DNA of 32,000 nt from an uncultured bacterium (lineage in GTDB: Bacteria > Auribacterota > JACPWU01), in NCBI GenBank assembly GCA_964640155.1, contig CAZXEQ010000003.1, positions 134,189 to 166,188 on the forward strand, in the 5' to 3' direction. Each line of letters opens with the position of its first letter. The stretch's first letter is position 1. The translations under genes were made by a program, and so were the position numbers. Of the stretch, positions 1 to 8,369 are shown piece by piece. Under the pieces are notes generated by a model, which saw nothing but the letters and a program-made list of their open reading frames with translations, ran no database searches and was not told where the DNA came from.

Positions 1-1
1 G

Positions 2-1498
2 AAAAAAATAATTCCTATTATTCTTTCTATTGATCAAGGGACTTCTAGTTCTCGCGTGATTGCTATCGATGTAAAAGGGCAAATTATTGCACAGGCTTCA
101 CGTGCTTTTCGCTGTTTTTATCCGCGCCCGGGCTGGGTTGAACAAGATCCGGAAGAAATTTGGCAGACGGTCTATGTCTGTATTCAGGAAATCTTTCAAA
201 AAATAAAAAACATATCATACGAGATTGTTGGAATTGGTATTACCAATCAGAGGGAGACAACAATCTTGTGGGAGAGATCATCAGGTAAGGCATTGGGAAG
301 GGCTATTGTATGGCAATGTCGACGAAGTGCGGATATTTGTGAAGGATTGAAAAAAGAGCATGGCGAAAAGTATTTTCATCATCGTACAGGGCTTGTCGTA
401 GATCCATATTTTTCGGCCACTAAAATTCTCTGGCGTTTCAGATATGAAAAAGGTTTAAAAACCAAAGCAAAAAATGGCGAAATTTTATTTGGAACAGTCG
501 ATAGTTGGTTGATTTGGAAATTAACGGGAGGTCGTGTTCATGCAACAGACAGAACCAATGCTTCTCGAACTCTTCTTTTAAATCTTAAAACAGGGGAATG
601 GGATAAAGATTTACTTTCTCTTTTAGATATTCCTCATTGCGTACTTCCAGAAGTGAAAGATTCTATTGATGATTTTGGTAAAACAATCAAATTGGGGAAA
701 TTACCATCTGGGATTCCTATCTCTGGAGTGGCAGGGGATCAGCAAGCCGCACTTTTTGGTCAAGCTTGTTTTAGACCGGGGATGGTAAAGAATACTTATG
801 GAACAGGTTGTTTTCTTTTATGGCCTCTAGGAAAAAATCTTGTTTTGTCTCGAAATGGACTACTTACCACATGGGCTTGTTTTGGAAAGAAAGCTATGGG
901 CTATGCATTGGAAGGAAGCATTTTTATTGCTGGAGCTGCTGTGCAATGGTTACGTGATGATTTAAAAGTTTTATCTCAAGCAAAAGATTCTGAAAAGATA
1001 GCCCTTTCAGTTCAAGATAATCACGGAGTTTATTTTGTTCCTGCCTTTACAGGACTAGGATCCCCTTATTGGAATGCACAGGCTCGTGGAACGATTGTGG
1101 GGTTAACTCGAGGAGTAGGTCGAGAACATTTAATTAGAGCCACCCTTGAAGCTATTGCTTATCAAACAAAAGATGTTGTAGAAGCTATGGAGAAAGAAGC
1201 AGGCCAATCTTTCAGAGAATTAAGGGTGGATGGAGGTACGTCTGCTAATCAATTCCTCATGCAATTCCAAGCAGATATTCTGAATTGTACCGTCAATCGG
1301 CCTTATTTCATTGAAACAACAGCGTTGGGTGCTGGATTTATGGCAGGTTTAGGGGTGGGTCTGTGGAGCGACAACGAAGATATAGAAAACTTAAGAAAAA
1401 CGGAGCATATTTTTAAACCATTCATGAAATCTTCTCAGAGAGAGAAACTTTACAATGGTTGGAAAGAGGCTGTAGGAAAAACATTATATGCTTCCTAA
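2..1498 (+). CDS. glpK: Glycerol kinase, 5'-truncated by the window edge
   Basis: The frame of tracked ORF 56..1498 stays open back to nt 2 and reads KKIIPIILSIDQGTSSSRVIAID. The FGGY-kinase N-terminal DQGTSS motif therefore lies upstream of the tracked GTG, and the real start is off-window. Also present: GITNQRETT, GDQQAALFGQ, VDGGTSANQFLMQFQADIL. Confidence 0.95.
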   Translation, partial: KKIIPIILSIDQGTSSSRVIAIDVKGQIIAQASRAFRCFYPRPGWVEQDPEEIWQTVYVCIQEIFQKIKNISYEIVGIGITNQRETTILWERSSGKALGRAIVWQCRRSADICEGLKKEHGEKYFHHRTGLVVDPYFSATKILWRFRYEKGLKTKAKNGEILFGTVDSWLIWKLTGGRVHATDRTNASRTLLLNLKTGEWDKDLLSLLDIPHCVLPEVKDSIDDFGKTIKLGKLPSGIPISGVAGDQQAALFGQACFRPGMVKNTYGTGCFLLWPLGKNLVLSRNGLLTTWACFGKKAMGYALEGSIFIAGAAVQWLRDDLKVLSQAKDSEKIALSVQDNHGVYFVPAFTGLGSPYWNAQARGTIVGLTRGVGREHLIRATLEAIAYQTKDVVEAMEKEAGQSFRELRVDGGTSANQFLMQFQADILNCTVNRPYFIETTALGAGFMAGLGVGLWSDNEDIENLRKTEHIFKPFMKSSQREKLYNGWKEAVGKTLYAS

Positions 1499-2282
1499 AA
1501 AATTAAGATCCTATCCATTTCTTGTTTTCGGTCATCGAGGTTCACCCTTTCGTGCGATTGAAAACACCATCGCGAGTTTTCAAAAAGCATTTGAAGAGGG
1601 TGTTCATGGTGTTGAATTGGATGTTCGTTTAAGTCGAGATGGGAAAGTTTTTGTTTTTCATGATGAAAAGATGAAGCGTTTGGCTCATAGGAAAGGATCT
1701 TTTCGCCAATATTCTTCGAAAGATTTGTCTTCGATTTTAGTTTCATCTTCTGAAAAGAAAATAAATTCGGAACACATTCCATCTTTAGAGAAAGTTCTTT
1801 CACTGCTCTCTAAACATCTTTTTTTCTATGTAGAATTAAAAGTAGAACCTTCTTCTTATTCCCAGCGATATAAGCTTGCTCAAAAGACACTCTTACTGTT
1901 GAAGAAATATCATTTGGCAGAAAAGTCAATTTTAGTTTCCTTTGATTATGATTTAGTTCGATGGATTAAAAAGAAAAATAAAAGTTTTTATACAGGTCTT
2001 AATTTTTCAAGAATGAAGGAGTTAAATCAACCTAAAAAGGATGGATTTCGTTTTCTTGACTGCCTTTGCCCCAGCTTTTCCGCTCTTTCCCCCAAATTGA
2101 TGAGTGAGGCTAAAAATTATTCTTTAGATGTTTTGACTTGGGTTATTAATGATGCGAAATCATTAAAAAAAGCAAAAAAACTAGGAGTTCTGGGAATAGC
2201 TACGGATCATCCTAAGAAAATGCTCAATGCGCTTTCAAAAACTCATCAAAAATCTAGAAGTATAAAGAGCAAACATATTTAA
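1488..2282 (+). CDS. ugpQ: Cytoplasmic glycerophosphodiester phosphodiesterase (GDPD family)
   Basis: 264 aa with no signal peptide. GDPD motifs are FGHRG, ENT, ELDV and VFHDEKM. The start overlaps the glpK stop by 11 nt, giving a glycerol-metabolism pairing. Confidence 0.85.
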   Translation: MLPKKLRSYPFLVFGHRGSPFRAIENTIASFQKAFEEGVHGVELDVRLSRDGKVFVFHDEKMKRLAHRKGSFRQYSSKDLSSILVSSSEKKINSEHIPSLEKVLSLLSKHLFFYVELKVEPSSYSQRYKLAQKTLLLLKKYHLAEKSILVSFDYDLVRWIKKKNKSFYTGLNFSRMKELNQPKKDGFRFLDCLCPSFSALSPKLMSEAKNYSLDVLTWVINDAKSLKKAKKLGVLGIATDHPKKMLNALSKTHQKSRSIKSKHI

Positions 2283-3167
2283 AATAGCATGGATAGTAAA
2301 AGAAGTTTCCATTCCATATTTTTTCATGTTTATCCCTAGAATAATTCCAATTACAAATGTCTGAATAAATTTAACCCACCATGTTGCAAGAACCCCAAAA
2401 TGTCCTGTAGCAAAGATGAGAGAAGAAATAAGAATGGATGCAAGGGAGCCCCACGAAAATTTTCTTAATAAGTAAAGAAAGAATGTCTGAATAAAAAGAC
2501 GAAAAATGATTTCTTCATAAAAAGCAACAAGAAGAAAGAAAACAATGGAGCTTATTTGTACAGCATACTGGGAAGGATTACCTTCTGTTTTACTCATTTC
2601 TTTTAAAAAATTTGAAATCTCAGGATGGGTGAATTTGAACAATAAAGCTGTAAAAATACATATCATGATCGAATAGATAAGAACGGGTTTAAGATAATTG
2701 AAAAAAGTGAAGGAAAGATGAGTTGTTCTGGTTCGGGTAAGCATTGTTAAAATAGGGATGCTAGGTTTTTGAAGACGTTGTGTAAGGATCATTCCTGCTA
2801 GGACACATATGGCAATCGAAATAAAGTGGAAGAAAATAGCCCAAAAAGAGCTAATAGTTGTTCCTCCTACTAAAAAAAGAGCGAGTTCAATTAATATAAA
2901 AGAAGCAGCAATATTCTTTGCAAAATTCCAATAGACTTTGGAAGCATTTTTATGTTTTAAGATGTAATAAATGCCTGGAATAAGAAGAAAGGCGAGAAAG
3001 ATTTGAAAAGAGATTGTAAAATTAGAAGTAGTTTCATCCACCATATTTAAATCAACGCTTTGCGTGAAAAGTGGGTAGAATGATGATGTTAAGACACAAA
3101 TAAATAATAGCACATCTGTTTTAAGGAAGGAAAGTAAATGGGATTTTGGGATCAAATTAAAGTTCAA
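2235..3167 (-). CDS. CPBP (CAAX-protease / Abi) family intramembrane metalloprotease
   Basis: 310-aa polytopic membrane protein carrying the CPBP motifs YEEIIFRLF, FATGH and HAILN. Its 3' end overlaps the ugpQ 3' end by 48 nt (convergent). Confidence 0.8.
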   Translation of the reverse strand: MNFNLIPKSHLLSFLKTDVLLFICVLTSSFYPLFTQSVDLNMVDETTSNFTISFQIFLAFLLIPGIYYILKHKNASKVYWNFAKNIAASFILIELALFLVGGTTISSFWAIFFHFISIAICVLAGMILTQRLQKPSIPILTMLTRTRTTHLSFTFFNYLKPVLIYSIMICIFTALLFKFTHPEISNFLKEMSKTEGNPSQYAVQISSIVFFLLVAFYEEIIFRLFIQTFFLYLLRKFSWGSLASILISSLIFATGHFGVLATWWVKFIQTFVIGIILGINMKKYGMETSFTIHAILNMFALYTSRFLMSF

Positions 3168-3521
3168 GGGCGGACAGAAAAATTTTTAAAGAAAGTTTTT
3201 GGTATTTTGTTATTTGGGTTGGGTTGGCTGCTTTCGCCTTTGACTTGGTGGAATGATGTTTTAATTAATCTTCCCCTTGCATGGCTGATGGCAAGTATAT
3301 TTTTTTCAGAGAATCAATCTGCTTTTAGTTTGTGTTTTATTATCAGTTATTGGATGACCAATTTAATGGGTTTTATTTTAATGCATTTGGGTTGGAAAAT
3401 TTTTAAATCAAGAGTTCAGATGACAAAAAAAGATCTGTTACAATCTTTTTTAGTTTCTTTGGCTTATACGCTTGTTATACTTGTTCTTGTAAAGATGAAT
3501 GTGCTTCGACCTTTATTCTGA
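3138..3521 (+). CDS. Small integral membrane protein, unknown function (about 3 TM)
   Basis: 127-aa ORF with hydrophobic segments (FGILLFGLGWLL, LAWLMASIFF, LVSLAYTLVILVLV) and an SPLTWWND..N.PLAW motif. I cannot name the family. The start call is uncertain because it overlaps the divergent CPBP start by 30 nt. Confidence 0.55.
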   Translation: MGFWDQIKVQGRTEKFLKKVFGILLFGLGWLLSPLTWWNDVLINLPLAWLMASIFFSENQSAFSLCFIISYWMTNLMGFILMHLGWKIFKSRVQMTKKDLLQSFLVSLAYTLVILVLVKMNVLRPLF

Positions 3522-3554
3522 AAGACTGATGAAACAGCCTAATCTGCGAGGGGG

Positions 3555-4880
3555 ATGATGTCCTCAGATGTTTTTGATGTGATCATCGTTGGGGCAGGAC
3601 CAGCAGGTGTTGCTGCAGCGCTTGTGACAGCAAAGGCTGGTCTTTCAACCATTGTTCTGGAAAGAGGTCAACATCCTGGTGCTAAAAACTTATTTGGTGG
3701 AATCCTTTTTACTCCTGAACTTCAAAAATTAGTTCCTTCTTTTTTAAGTGAAGCTCCTCTTGAACGCCATATTTCTCGTAAACGCTTTTCCTTTTTAACT
3801 CCAGATGCAGAGCTCGGTGTAGATTTTTGGGCTTCTCAATATGACCAGACTCCATTCAATCATTCTTTTACCGTGATGAGATCAAAATTTGATCGATGGT
3901 TTTCAGAAAAAGCTGAAGCAGCAGGTGCCCAATTTTTAACAGGTGTTGTGGTAGATGATTTTATTTGGAAAGACGAATGTGTTGTAGGTATCAAGGCCAG
4001 AGGAGAGGCGGAAGGACAATTTGATGAGCTGTATGCTTCTTTGGTTATTTGTGCTGAAGGGGCTAATTCGATGCTAGCTGAAAAAGCAGGTTTGAGAAAA
4101 GATAAAAGTCAGATGCAGCCGACCAATCGAACCGTTGCTGTTAAAGAAGTTATTCAATTAACACCAGAAAAAATTCAGGATCGATTTAATATTCGTGGGG
4201 ATCAGGGTGTCGCAGTGGTTTATTTAGGAGATGTTGTACAAGGGGCTTTAGGAACGGGCTTTCTTTACACCTATAAAGATTCTTTGGCGATTGGACTTGG
4301 TTGTGAAATGCAAGATTTAATTGATAGGCGTAAAGCTCCATATGATCTTTTAGATCATATGAAACGTCATCCGGTGATTGCTCCACTCATAGAAGGTGGA
4401 CAGGTGATTGAATATTCTACGCATATGATTCCAGAAGACAATTATGAAAATCTTCCCCAGCTTTTTACAAATGGTCTTCTTCTGGCAGGTGATTCTGCAG
4501 GTTTAATTAATAATTCTCTTTTTCAAGAGGGGACAAACATGGCCATGGCTTCTGGGATTTATGCGGGTGAGGTCGCTGTGGAAGCAAAGTCCAAAGGAGA
4601 TTTCTCAGGTCGAACACTTTCTCTGTATCGACAAAAGTTAGAAAACTCATTTGTTTTAAAGGATATGAAGCATTATTGTCATTTTTTGGATACTTTGCGA
4701 GAAAATAGAGAATTCTTAGGTCTTTATCCAGAGTTAACGGTTGAGTTTTTAATGAATTATTTCGCAGTAGATGGTCGACCTAAGCAAGAAATCAAAAAAG
4801 AAATTTTCAAAAAAATAAGAAAAAAAGTGAAGTGGGGGAGATTAATTTTAAATATGATTAAAGCAAGAAAGATGATTTAA
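3555..4880 (+). CDS. fixC: FAD-dependent oxidoreductase, FixC / ETF-quinone-oxidoreductase-like
   Basis: 441 aa with an N-terminal dinucleotide fold, DVIIVGAGPAGVAAAL..LERG. Overall FixC-like layout, followed directly by a FixX-type ferredoxin gene. Confidence 0.85.
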   Translation: MMSSDVFDVIIVGAGPAGVAAALVTAKAGLSTIVLERGQHPGAKNLFGGILFTPELQKLVPSFLSEAPLERHISRKRFSFLTPDAELGVDFWASQYDQTPFNHSFTVMRSKFDRWFSEKAEAAGAQFLTGVVVDDFIWKDECVVGIKARGEAEGQFDELYASLVICAEGANSMLAEKAGLRKDKSQMQPTNRTVAVKEVIQLTPEKIQDRFNIRGDQGVAVVYLGDVVQGALGTGFLYTYKDSLAIGLGCEMQDLIDRRKAPYDLLDHMKRHPVIAPLIEGGQVIEYSTHMIPEDNYENLPQLFTNGLLLAGDSAGLINNSLFQEGTNMAMASGIYAGEVAVEAKSKGDFSGRTLSLYRQKLENSFVLKDMKHYCHFLDTLRENREFLGLYPELTVEFLMNYFAVDGRPKQEIKKEIFKKIRKKVKWGRLILNMIKARKMI

Positions 4881-4912
4881 CGGCCGTGAATTAATGAAAA
4901 GAGGAGGTCAAT

Positions 4913-5200
4913 ATGAGTGATTCATCCCATATTTCCATGGAAGATAGACTTTTTCTTGTTCAGAGGAACTTTGGTAAAAAAACTCATATCACTGTCGATC
5001 AAGAGGCCTTCAAAAAAGATCCTGTAAAACCCATTCTTTTTATCTGTCCCGCAAAAGTTTTTGAAGAAAAAGAATCTTCTGGAGAATGTATTGTCAATTT
5101 TGAGAATTGTTTAGAATGTGGAACCTGCCAAGTTGCCAGCCGCTATGTGAAATGGACGAATCCTAGCAGTGGGTGCGGAGTAACGTATAAATATAGTTAA
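4913..5200 (+). CDS. fixX: Ferredoxin-like protein FixX
   Basis: 95 aa with a CPAKVF...C..CLECGTCQV cysteine pattern typical of FixX. RBS gaggagg lies 5-6 nt upstream of the ATG. Confidence 0.85.
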   Translation: MSDSSHISMEDRLFLVQRNFGKKTHITVDQEAFKKDPVKPILFICPAKVFEEKESSGECIVNFENCLECGTCQVASRYVKWTNPSSGCGVTYKYS

Positions 5201-5207
5201 ACAGTAG

Positions 5208-5245
5208 TTCGTATCCCCCTGACGAATGGTACTAGAAAAGCTTGT
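5208..5245 (+). repeat. Copy A of a short post-stop repeat module (TTCGTATCCCC ... AAAAGCTTGT)
   Basis: TTCGTATCCCC at 5208-5218 and AAAAGCTTGT at 5236-5245, beginning 8 nt after the fixX stop. The same two blocks in the same order occur after the pcrA stop (12391-12424). Confidence 0.6.
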
Positions 5246-5267
5246 AAAAATGTGTTTCAGGCTTTTT
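5236..5267. terminator. Bidirectional intrinsic terminator between fixX (+) and exbD (-)
   Basis: AAAAGCTTG (5236-5244) pairs with CAGGCTTTT (5258-5266), giving 9 bp including one G-U. A-run and T-run flanks let it read as hairpin plus U-tract on both strands. Confidence 0.65.
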
Positions 5268-5293
5268 GAGCAAACTGTAATATTTTTAGATTT

Positions 5294-5725
5294 TTACTGG
5301 TGACTGGAAACTGGCGACTGAGAACTATTATTTTCCTGTGTCAATGCTACTACCTTTTTAAACCCTGCTTCTTGTACCTGATCCATAACTTCAATGACGA
5401 TGCCGTAGGGAGTTTTGCGATCGGCATTAAGGGTGATAACAGGTTCTTCGGAAGTCGTTTTTTTCATCCTTAGCATATCAGGTAGATCTTTTAATTGAAT
5501 TTCGCTCTCATCAAGAAAAATTTTTCCTTCCACAGTAAGTGTGATTAAAATTCTTTTTGAATCAACTTTTTGGTTTTGGTTGCCATGGGGGAGATCGATC
5601 TTAATGGCAGGGTGTTCTATAAAGGTGGTTGTTACCAAAAGAAAAATAATAATAATAAACATCAAATCAATTAGAGAAGTGATTTGAATGCTAGGTTTAC
5701 GTTTAGGTTTGGCCTTAAATCTCAT
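5294..5725 (-). CDS. exbD: Biopolymer transport protein ExbD/TolR
   Basis: 143 aa with a single N-terminal TM preceded by the ITSLIDLMFIIIIFLL signature and a periplasmic domain (ADRKTPYGIVIEVMD). Overlaps the exbB stop by 4 nt. Confidence 0.85.
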   Translation of the reverse strand: MRFKAKPKRKPSIQITSLIDLMFIIIIFLLVTTTFIEHPAIKIDLPHGNQNQKVDSKRILITLTVEGKIFLDESEIQLKDLPDMLRMKKTTSEEPVITLNADRKTPYGIVIEVMDQVQEAGFKKVVALTQENNSSQSPVSSHQ

Positions 5726-6342
5726 GATTTTTTGGATTCAGGATAGAGTTTAGAAAAGACAAGTCCAATGCAAGTTTCCATGTTTAAAACCAAAGCCTCG
5801 ATCTTTCGAGAAAAGAAACTATGAGCAATTAATGTGGGGATCGCAATGATGAGCCCTACAATGGTTGTAATGAGGGCTTTTGAAATTCCTCCCGAGAATT
5901 CTTTGGCTAAGCCCGCTCCTTTTTGACTAATCACTATGAAAAGATCATACATCCCTAAAACTGTCCCTAAAAGTCCTAAAAGAGGAGCAACAACTGCGAT
6001 GATTTCTAATAAAAGAAGTCCATTTTCAAAACGATGAGATTCTAAGCGACCGGCTAATTCCAAGGATTCACTGTTTTCTTCTTTTGAGAGATTTTTTTGT
6101 GAAAGACTTAAAGCGATAAGTTTTTCAACTGGACTAGGCCTTTTAGACACAAGTCCCTTACTAATTTCTTCTAGCTTTTGGTTTTTTTCGATAAGTTCAA
6201 CAACGCGATTTGGAATAATTTTTCTTTCTTGTAGAGAAAAAAACCTTTCAAGAATAATAGCCAAAGATAAAATGGAGCAAAGGAAAAGCGGAATCATGGT
6301 CCAGCCGCCTGTCATAAAAATATCTATCAGATTTTTCCCCAT
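5722..6342 (-). CDS. exbB: MotA/TolQ/ExbB proton-channel protein
   Basis: 206 aa. Shows GGWTMIPLFLCSILSLAIILERF and the C-terminal GLLGTVLGM...ALITTIVGLIIAIP signature of ExbB/TolQ. Confidence 0.85.
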   Translation of the reverse strand: MGKNLIDIFMTGGWTMIPLFLCSILSLAIILERFFSLQERKIIPNRVVELIEKNQKLEEISKGLVSKRPSPVEKLIALSLSQKNLSKEENSESLELAGRLESHRFENGLLLLEIIAVVAPLLGLLGTVLGMYDLFIVISQKGAGLAKEFSGGISKALITTIVGLIIAIPTLIAHSFFSRKIEALVLNMETCIGLVFSKLYPESKKS

Positions 6343-6356
6343 TCTTTAGAGTCTCC

Positions 6357-7358
6357 TTAATTTTTATTTTTTTCTTTCCCCATATAATTAAATTCTATTC
6401 TAACCCAAAGTCCTTGTGTACGAATATAAGATAGTACATCTTTTGGCAAGGGGGTAAAAGGTGCTGTTTTTTCAATGGCGTTGACGGGGTAACGAATGCC
6501 TAAAGAATCTCCTTCATGTTCAATCACCTGAAGATCTTCAAAGTGGCCGTCGGGCATAATTTGAAAAACAACCACGGTTTTCTTTAAATTTAAATTGACA
6601 CGATGGGCAAATTCACCAGAAGTATAAAGTTCTAAACGCCAAACACTTGATATTTTTTTAAATTCTTTTGCAAAGTAACGGGCAGCGGCATTGGACCCAG
6701 CATTGTAACTTGTTTCTCCTAAAATTTCAGAAATGCTTGTAAGATTTTTTTTAGCAGGGGTGGGAAGTTCTTCGACTTTGCGGGGGATTGGTGGGACTGG
6801 CTTCTGAGGTTTTGAAAACATCTCGTATTGGGGTTGTTTTAATAAATCTTCTTCGATTTTTTTCTTTTGTTGATTTTTTTCTTTGAGAAGGTTGCCTTTT
6901 TTAGTGGTGATACCTTCTTCCTGTGAAGGAGATAGTTCTTTTAATAAAGGATTTGATTCTTGAAAGAGATTTTTTTGCTCTGGAGAAGGTTTTTGAGGCT
7001 TAATCGCAGGAGAAGAAATACGCTCTAATGCAATATGCTCTAAAATTCCATGTTGATAGGCAGCTCCCTTAGATAGCTCAGGTTTTGAAATAGAATTTTG
7101 AGCAGTTGTACTTTTCTCAGAAACAATATTTGTGGGAACAGTTGGCTTTTTCTCAATAATTTTATCAGGTGCTGGAATAAATTCGAGTGTAATTTCTTTT
7201 GGAATTTCAGTTTTTGATTCAAGGGGTTGGGGGGAGGGAGTTTTTAAAGACTGAGTAAAAATTTCGTGATAATTATAAAATGCAAATCCTCCACTATGAA
7301 TAAGAAGAGAGATAACACACGCGCCTAAGAGACGAAGAAAATTGTGACGATGATTCAT
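6357..7358 (-). CDS. tonB: TonB-like energy transducer
   Basis: 333 aa with an N-terminal TM anchor (LLGACVISLLIHSGGFAF), a long Lys/Glu/Pro-rich spacer (PQKPVPPIPRKVEELPTPA) and a C-terminal beta-rich domain. First gene of a tonB-exbB-exbD operon. Confidence 0.65.
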   Translation of the reverse strand: MNHRHNFLRLLGACVISLLIHSGGFAFYNYHEIFTQSLKTPSPQPLESKTEIPKEITLEFIPAPDKIIEKKPTVPTNIVSEKSTTAQNSISKPELSKGAAYQHGILEHIALERISSPAIKPQKPSPEQKNLFQESNPLLKELSPSQEEGITTKKGNLLKEKNQQKKKIEEDLLKQPQYEMFSKPQKPVPPIPRKVEELPTPAKKNLTSISEILGETSYNAGSNAAARYFAKEFKKISSVWRLELYTSGEFAHRVNLNLKKTVVVFQIMPDGHFEDLQVIEHEGDSLGIRYPVNAIEKTAPFTPLPKDVLSYIRTQGLWVRIEFNYMGKEKNKN

Positions 7359-7460
7359 GGGTCTTTTCCAAGTTCTTTAAAAAGATTATTTTTGTTTATT
7401 ATAGTACATTTTGATCGTAATTTGCTTGCTCTGTGTCATAACAAATGTAATTATTTGAAA

Positions 7461-7697
7461 ATGATGATGTTAAATAGATCTATCAAACATTGGTTCAAAA
7501 TTTCTTTAGGTTGGTTTTTTCTTCTTGTAGGTGTGTTAGGACTTTTTTTACCTATTCTTCAAGGAATAGCTTTTATGATTGCAGGTCTAGCCATTTTATC
7601 TACTGAATATGAATGGGCTAAGAAATATTTGGAAAAAGCTAAAAATAAACTACGAAAATTACGAGACAAAAGTAAACATACTTCTCTCTCACTGTGA
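7461..7697 (+). CDS. Small PGPGW-type two-TM membrane protein
   Basis: From ATG 7461 the product reads MMMLNRSIKHWFKISLGWFFLLVGVLGLFLPILQGIAFMIAGLAILSTEYEWAKKYL, which is a PGPGW-family layout. The tracked start at 7344 overlaps the tonB start and looks non-coding. Confidence 0.6.
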   Translation: MMMLNRSIKHWFKISLGWFFLLVGVLGLFLPILQGIAFMIAGLAILSTEYEWAKKYLEKAKNKLRKLRDKSKHTSLSL

Positions 7698-7803
7698 GTC
7701 ATTCAGTCTCATTCCAATTCTTTTTTCTTCGACTGCATTTTCAAAAGAGTCGTTTCTCATTCTAGATAAAGGAGTTATATCACCTTAGTTTGATGAATGA
7801 TTT

Positions 7804-7819
7804 TGGCATTTTTTATGCT
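7804..7819 (+). promoter_or_regulatory. Sigma-54 (-24/-12) type promoter upstream of hsp20
   Basis: TGGCATTTTTTATGCT places GG and GC at exactly the consensus TGGCACG-N4-TTGCW spacing. It lies 42 nt upstream of the hsp20 ATG, leaving room for the aaggagggg RBS. Confidence 0.5.
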
Positions 7820-7860
7820 TTTTCTTAATATTGAGTTAAAAAGAAAAAGGAGGGGTTTAT

Positions 7861-8313
7861 ATGACACTCATTAAATGGCAAAAAAAACAAGATGATCCTT
7901 TTCAGGATCTGTTAGGTATTCAAAATGAAGTGAATCGGCTTTTTGATTTTTCTCTTGGGCGGTGGTCTGCATCACCATCCTCATGGGCTCCCGCGATGGA
8001 CATTCTCCAAAATAAGGATAATATCGTGGTGAAAGCAGAGATTCCTGGGATGGATGAGAAAGATGTCGAGATCACTCTAGAGGGAAGTACTTTGCAGATT
8101 AAGGGTGAGAAGAAGTATGAAAAAGAAGAGAAGGAAGAGGATCGATATCATTCGGAACGTTTTTATGGAAAGTTCCAGAGAATCGTAGAGCTTCCTTCGG
8201 CTGTCGATACCACAGCTGTAAAGGCTACTTATCGGCAAGGTATTTTGGAAATCGTTCTTCCTAAAAAGGAAGAATTAAAGCCGAAACAGATCAAGGTTGA
8301 AGTAGGGAAGTAA
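7861..8313 (+). CDS. Small heat-shock protein, Hsp20 / alpha-crystallin family
   Basis: 150 aa with an alpha-crystallin domain (PAMDILQNKDNIVVKAEIPGMDEKDVEITLEGSTLQIKGEKK ... GILEIVLPK). Strong RBS aaggagggg. Confidence 0.95.
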   Translation: MTLIKWQKKQDDPFQDLLGIQNEVNRLFDFSLGRWSASPSSWAPAMDILQNKDNIVVKAEIPGMDEKDVEITLEGSTLQIKGEKKYEKEEKEEDRYHSERFYGKFQRIVELPSAVDTTAVKATYRQGILEIVLPKKEELKPKQIKVEVGK

Positions 8314-8321
8314 TAAGATTC

Positions 8322-8369
8322 TCATTAACGGTTTACGGTGGAGGGAATAATACCGTAAACCGTTAATGA
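8322..8369 (+). terminator. Perfect 18-bp hairpin after hsp20
   Basis: TCATTAACGGTTTACGGT (8322-8339) and ACCGTAAACCGTTAATGA (8352-8369) flank a 12-nt loop, starting 9 nt after the hsp20 stop. No clean U-tract follows, so terminator function is inferred. Confidence 0.55.

Noticed and set aside
1495-1803. Antisense or alternative-frame track ORFs nested inside strong genes. Examples: 1495-1803(-), 4186-4386(-), 7040-7222(-), 8913-9289(-), 10228-10491(-), 11403-11669(-), 13735-14254, 15209-15457(+), 16009-16194(+), 17542-17733(-), 19086-19349(-), 25564-25791(-), 27968-28201(-), 28647-28862(+).
   Set aside because: Each lies wholly within a gene that has clear family motifs on the other strand or frame. 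They have odd composition and no RBS, and are typical shadow ORFs.
7344-7460. The tracked N-terminal extension of the PGPGW membrane protein, which overlaps the tonB start.
   Set aside because: It overlaps the divergent tonB start codon region, and the extension is not membrane-protein-like. The conserved family sequence starts at ATG 7461.
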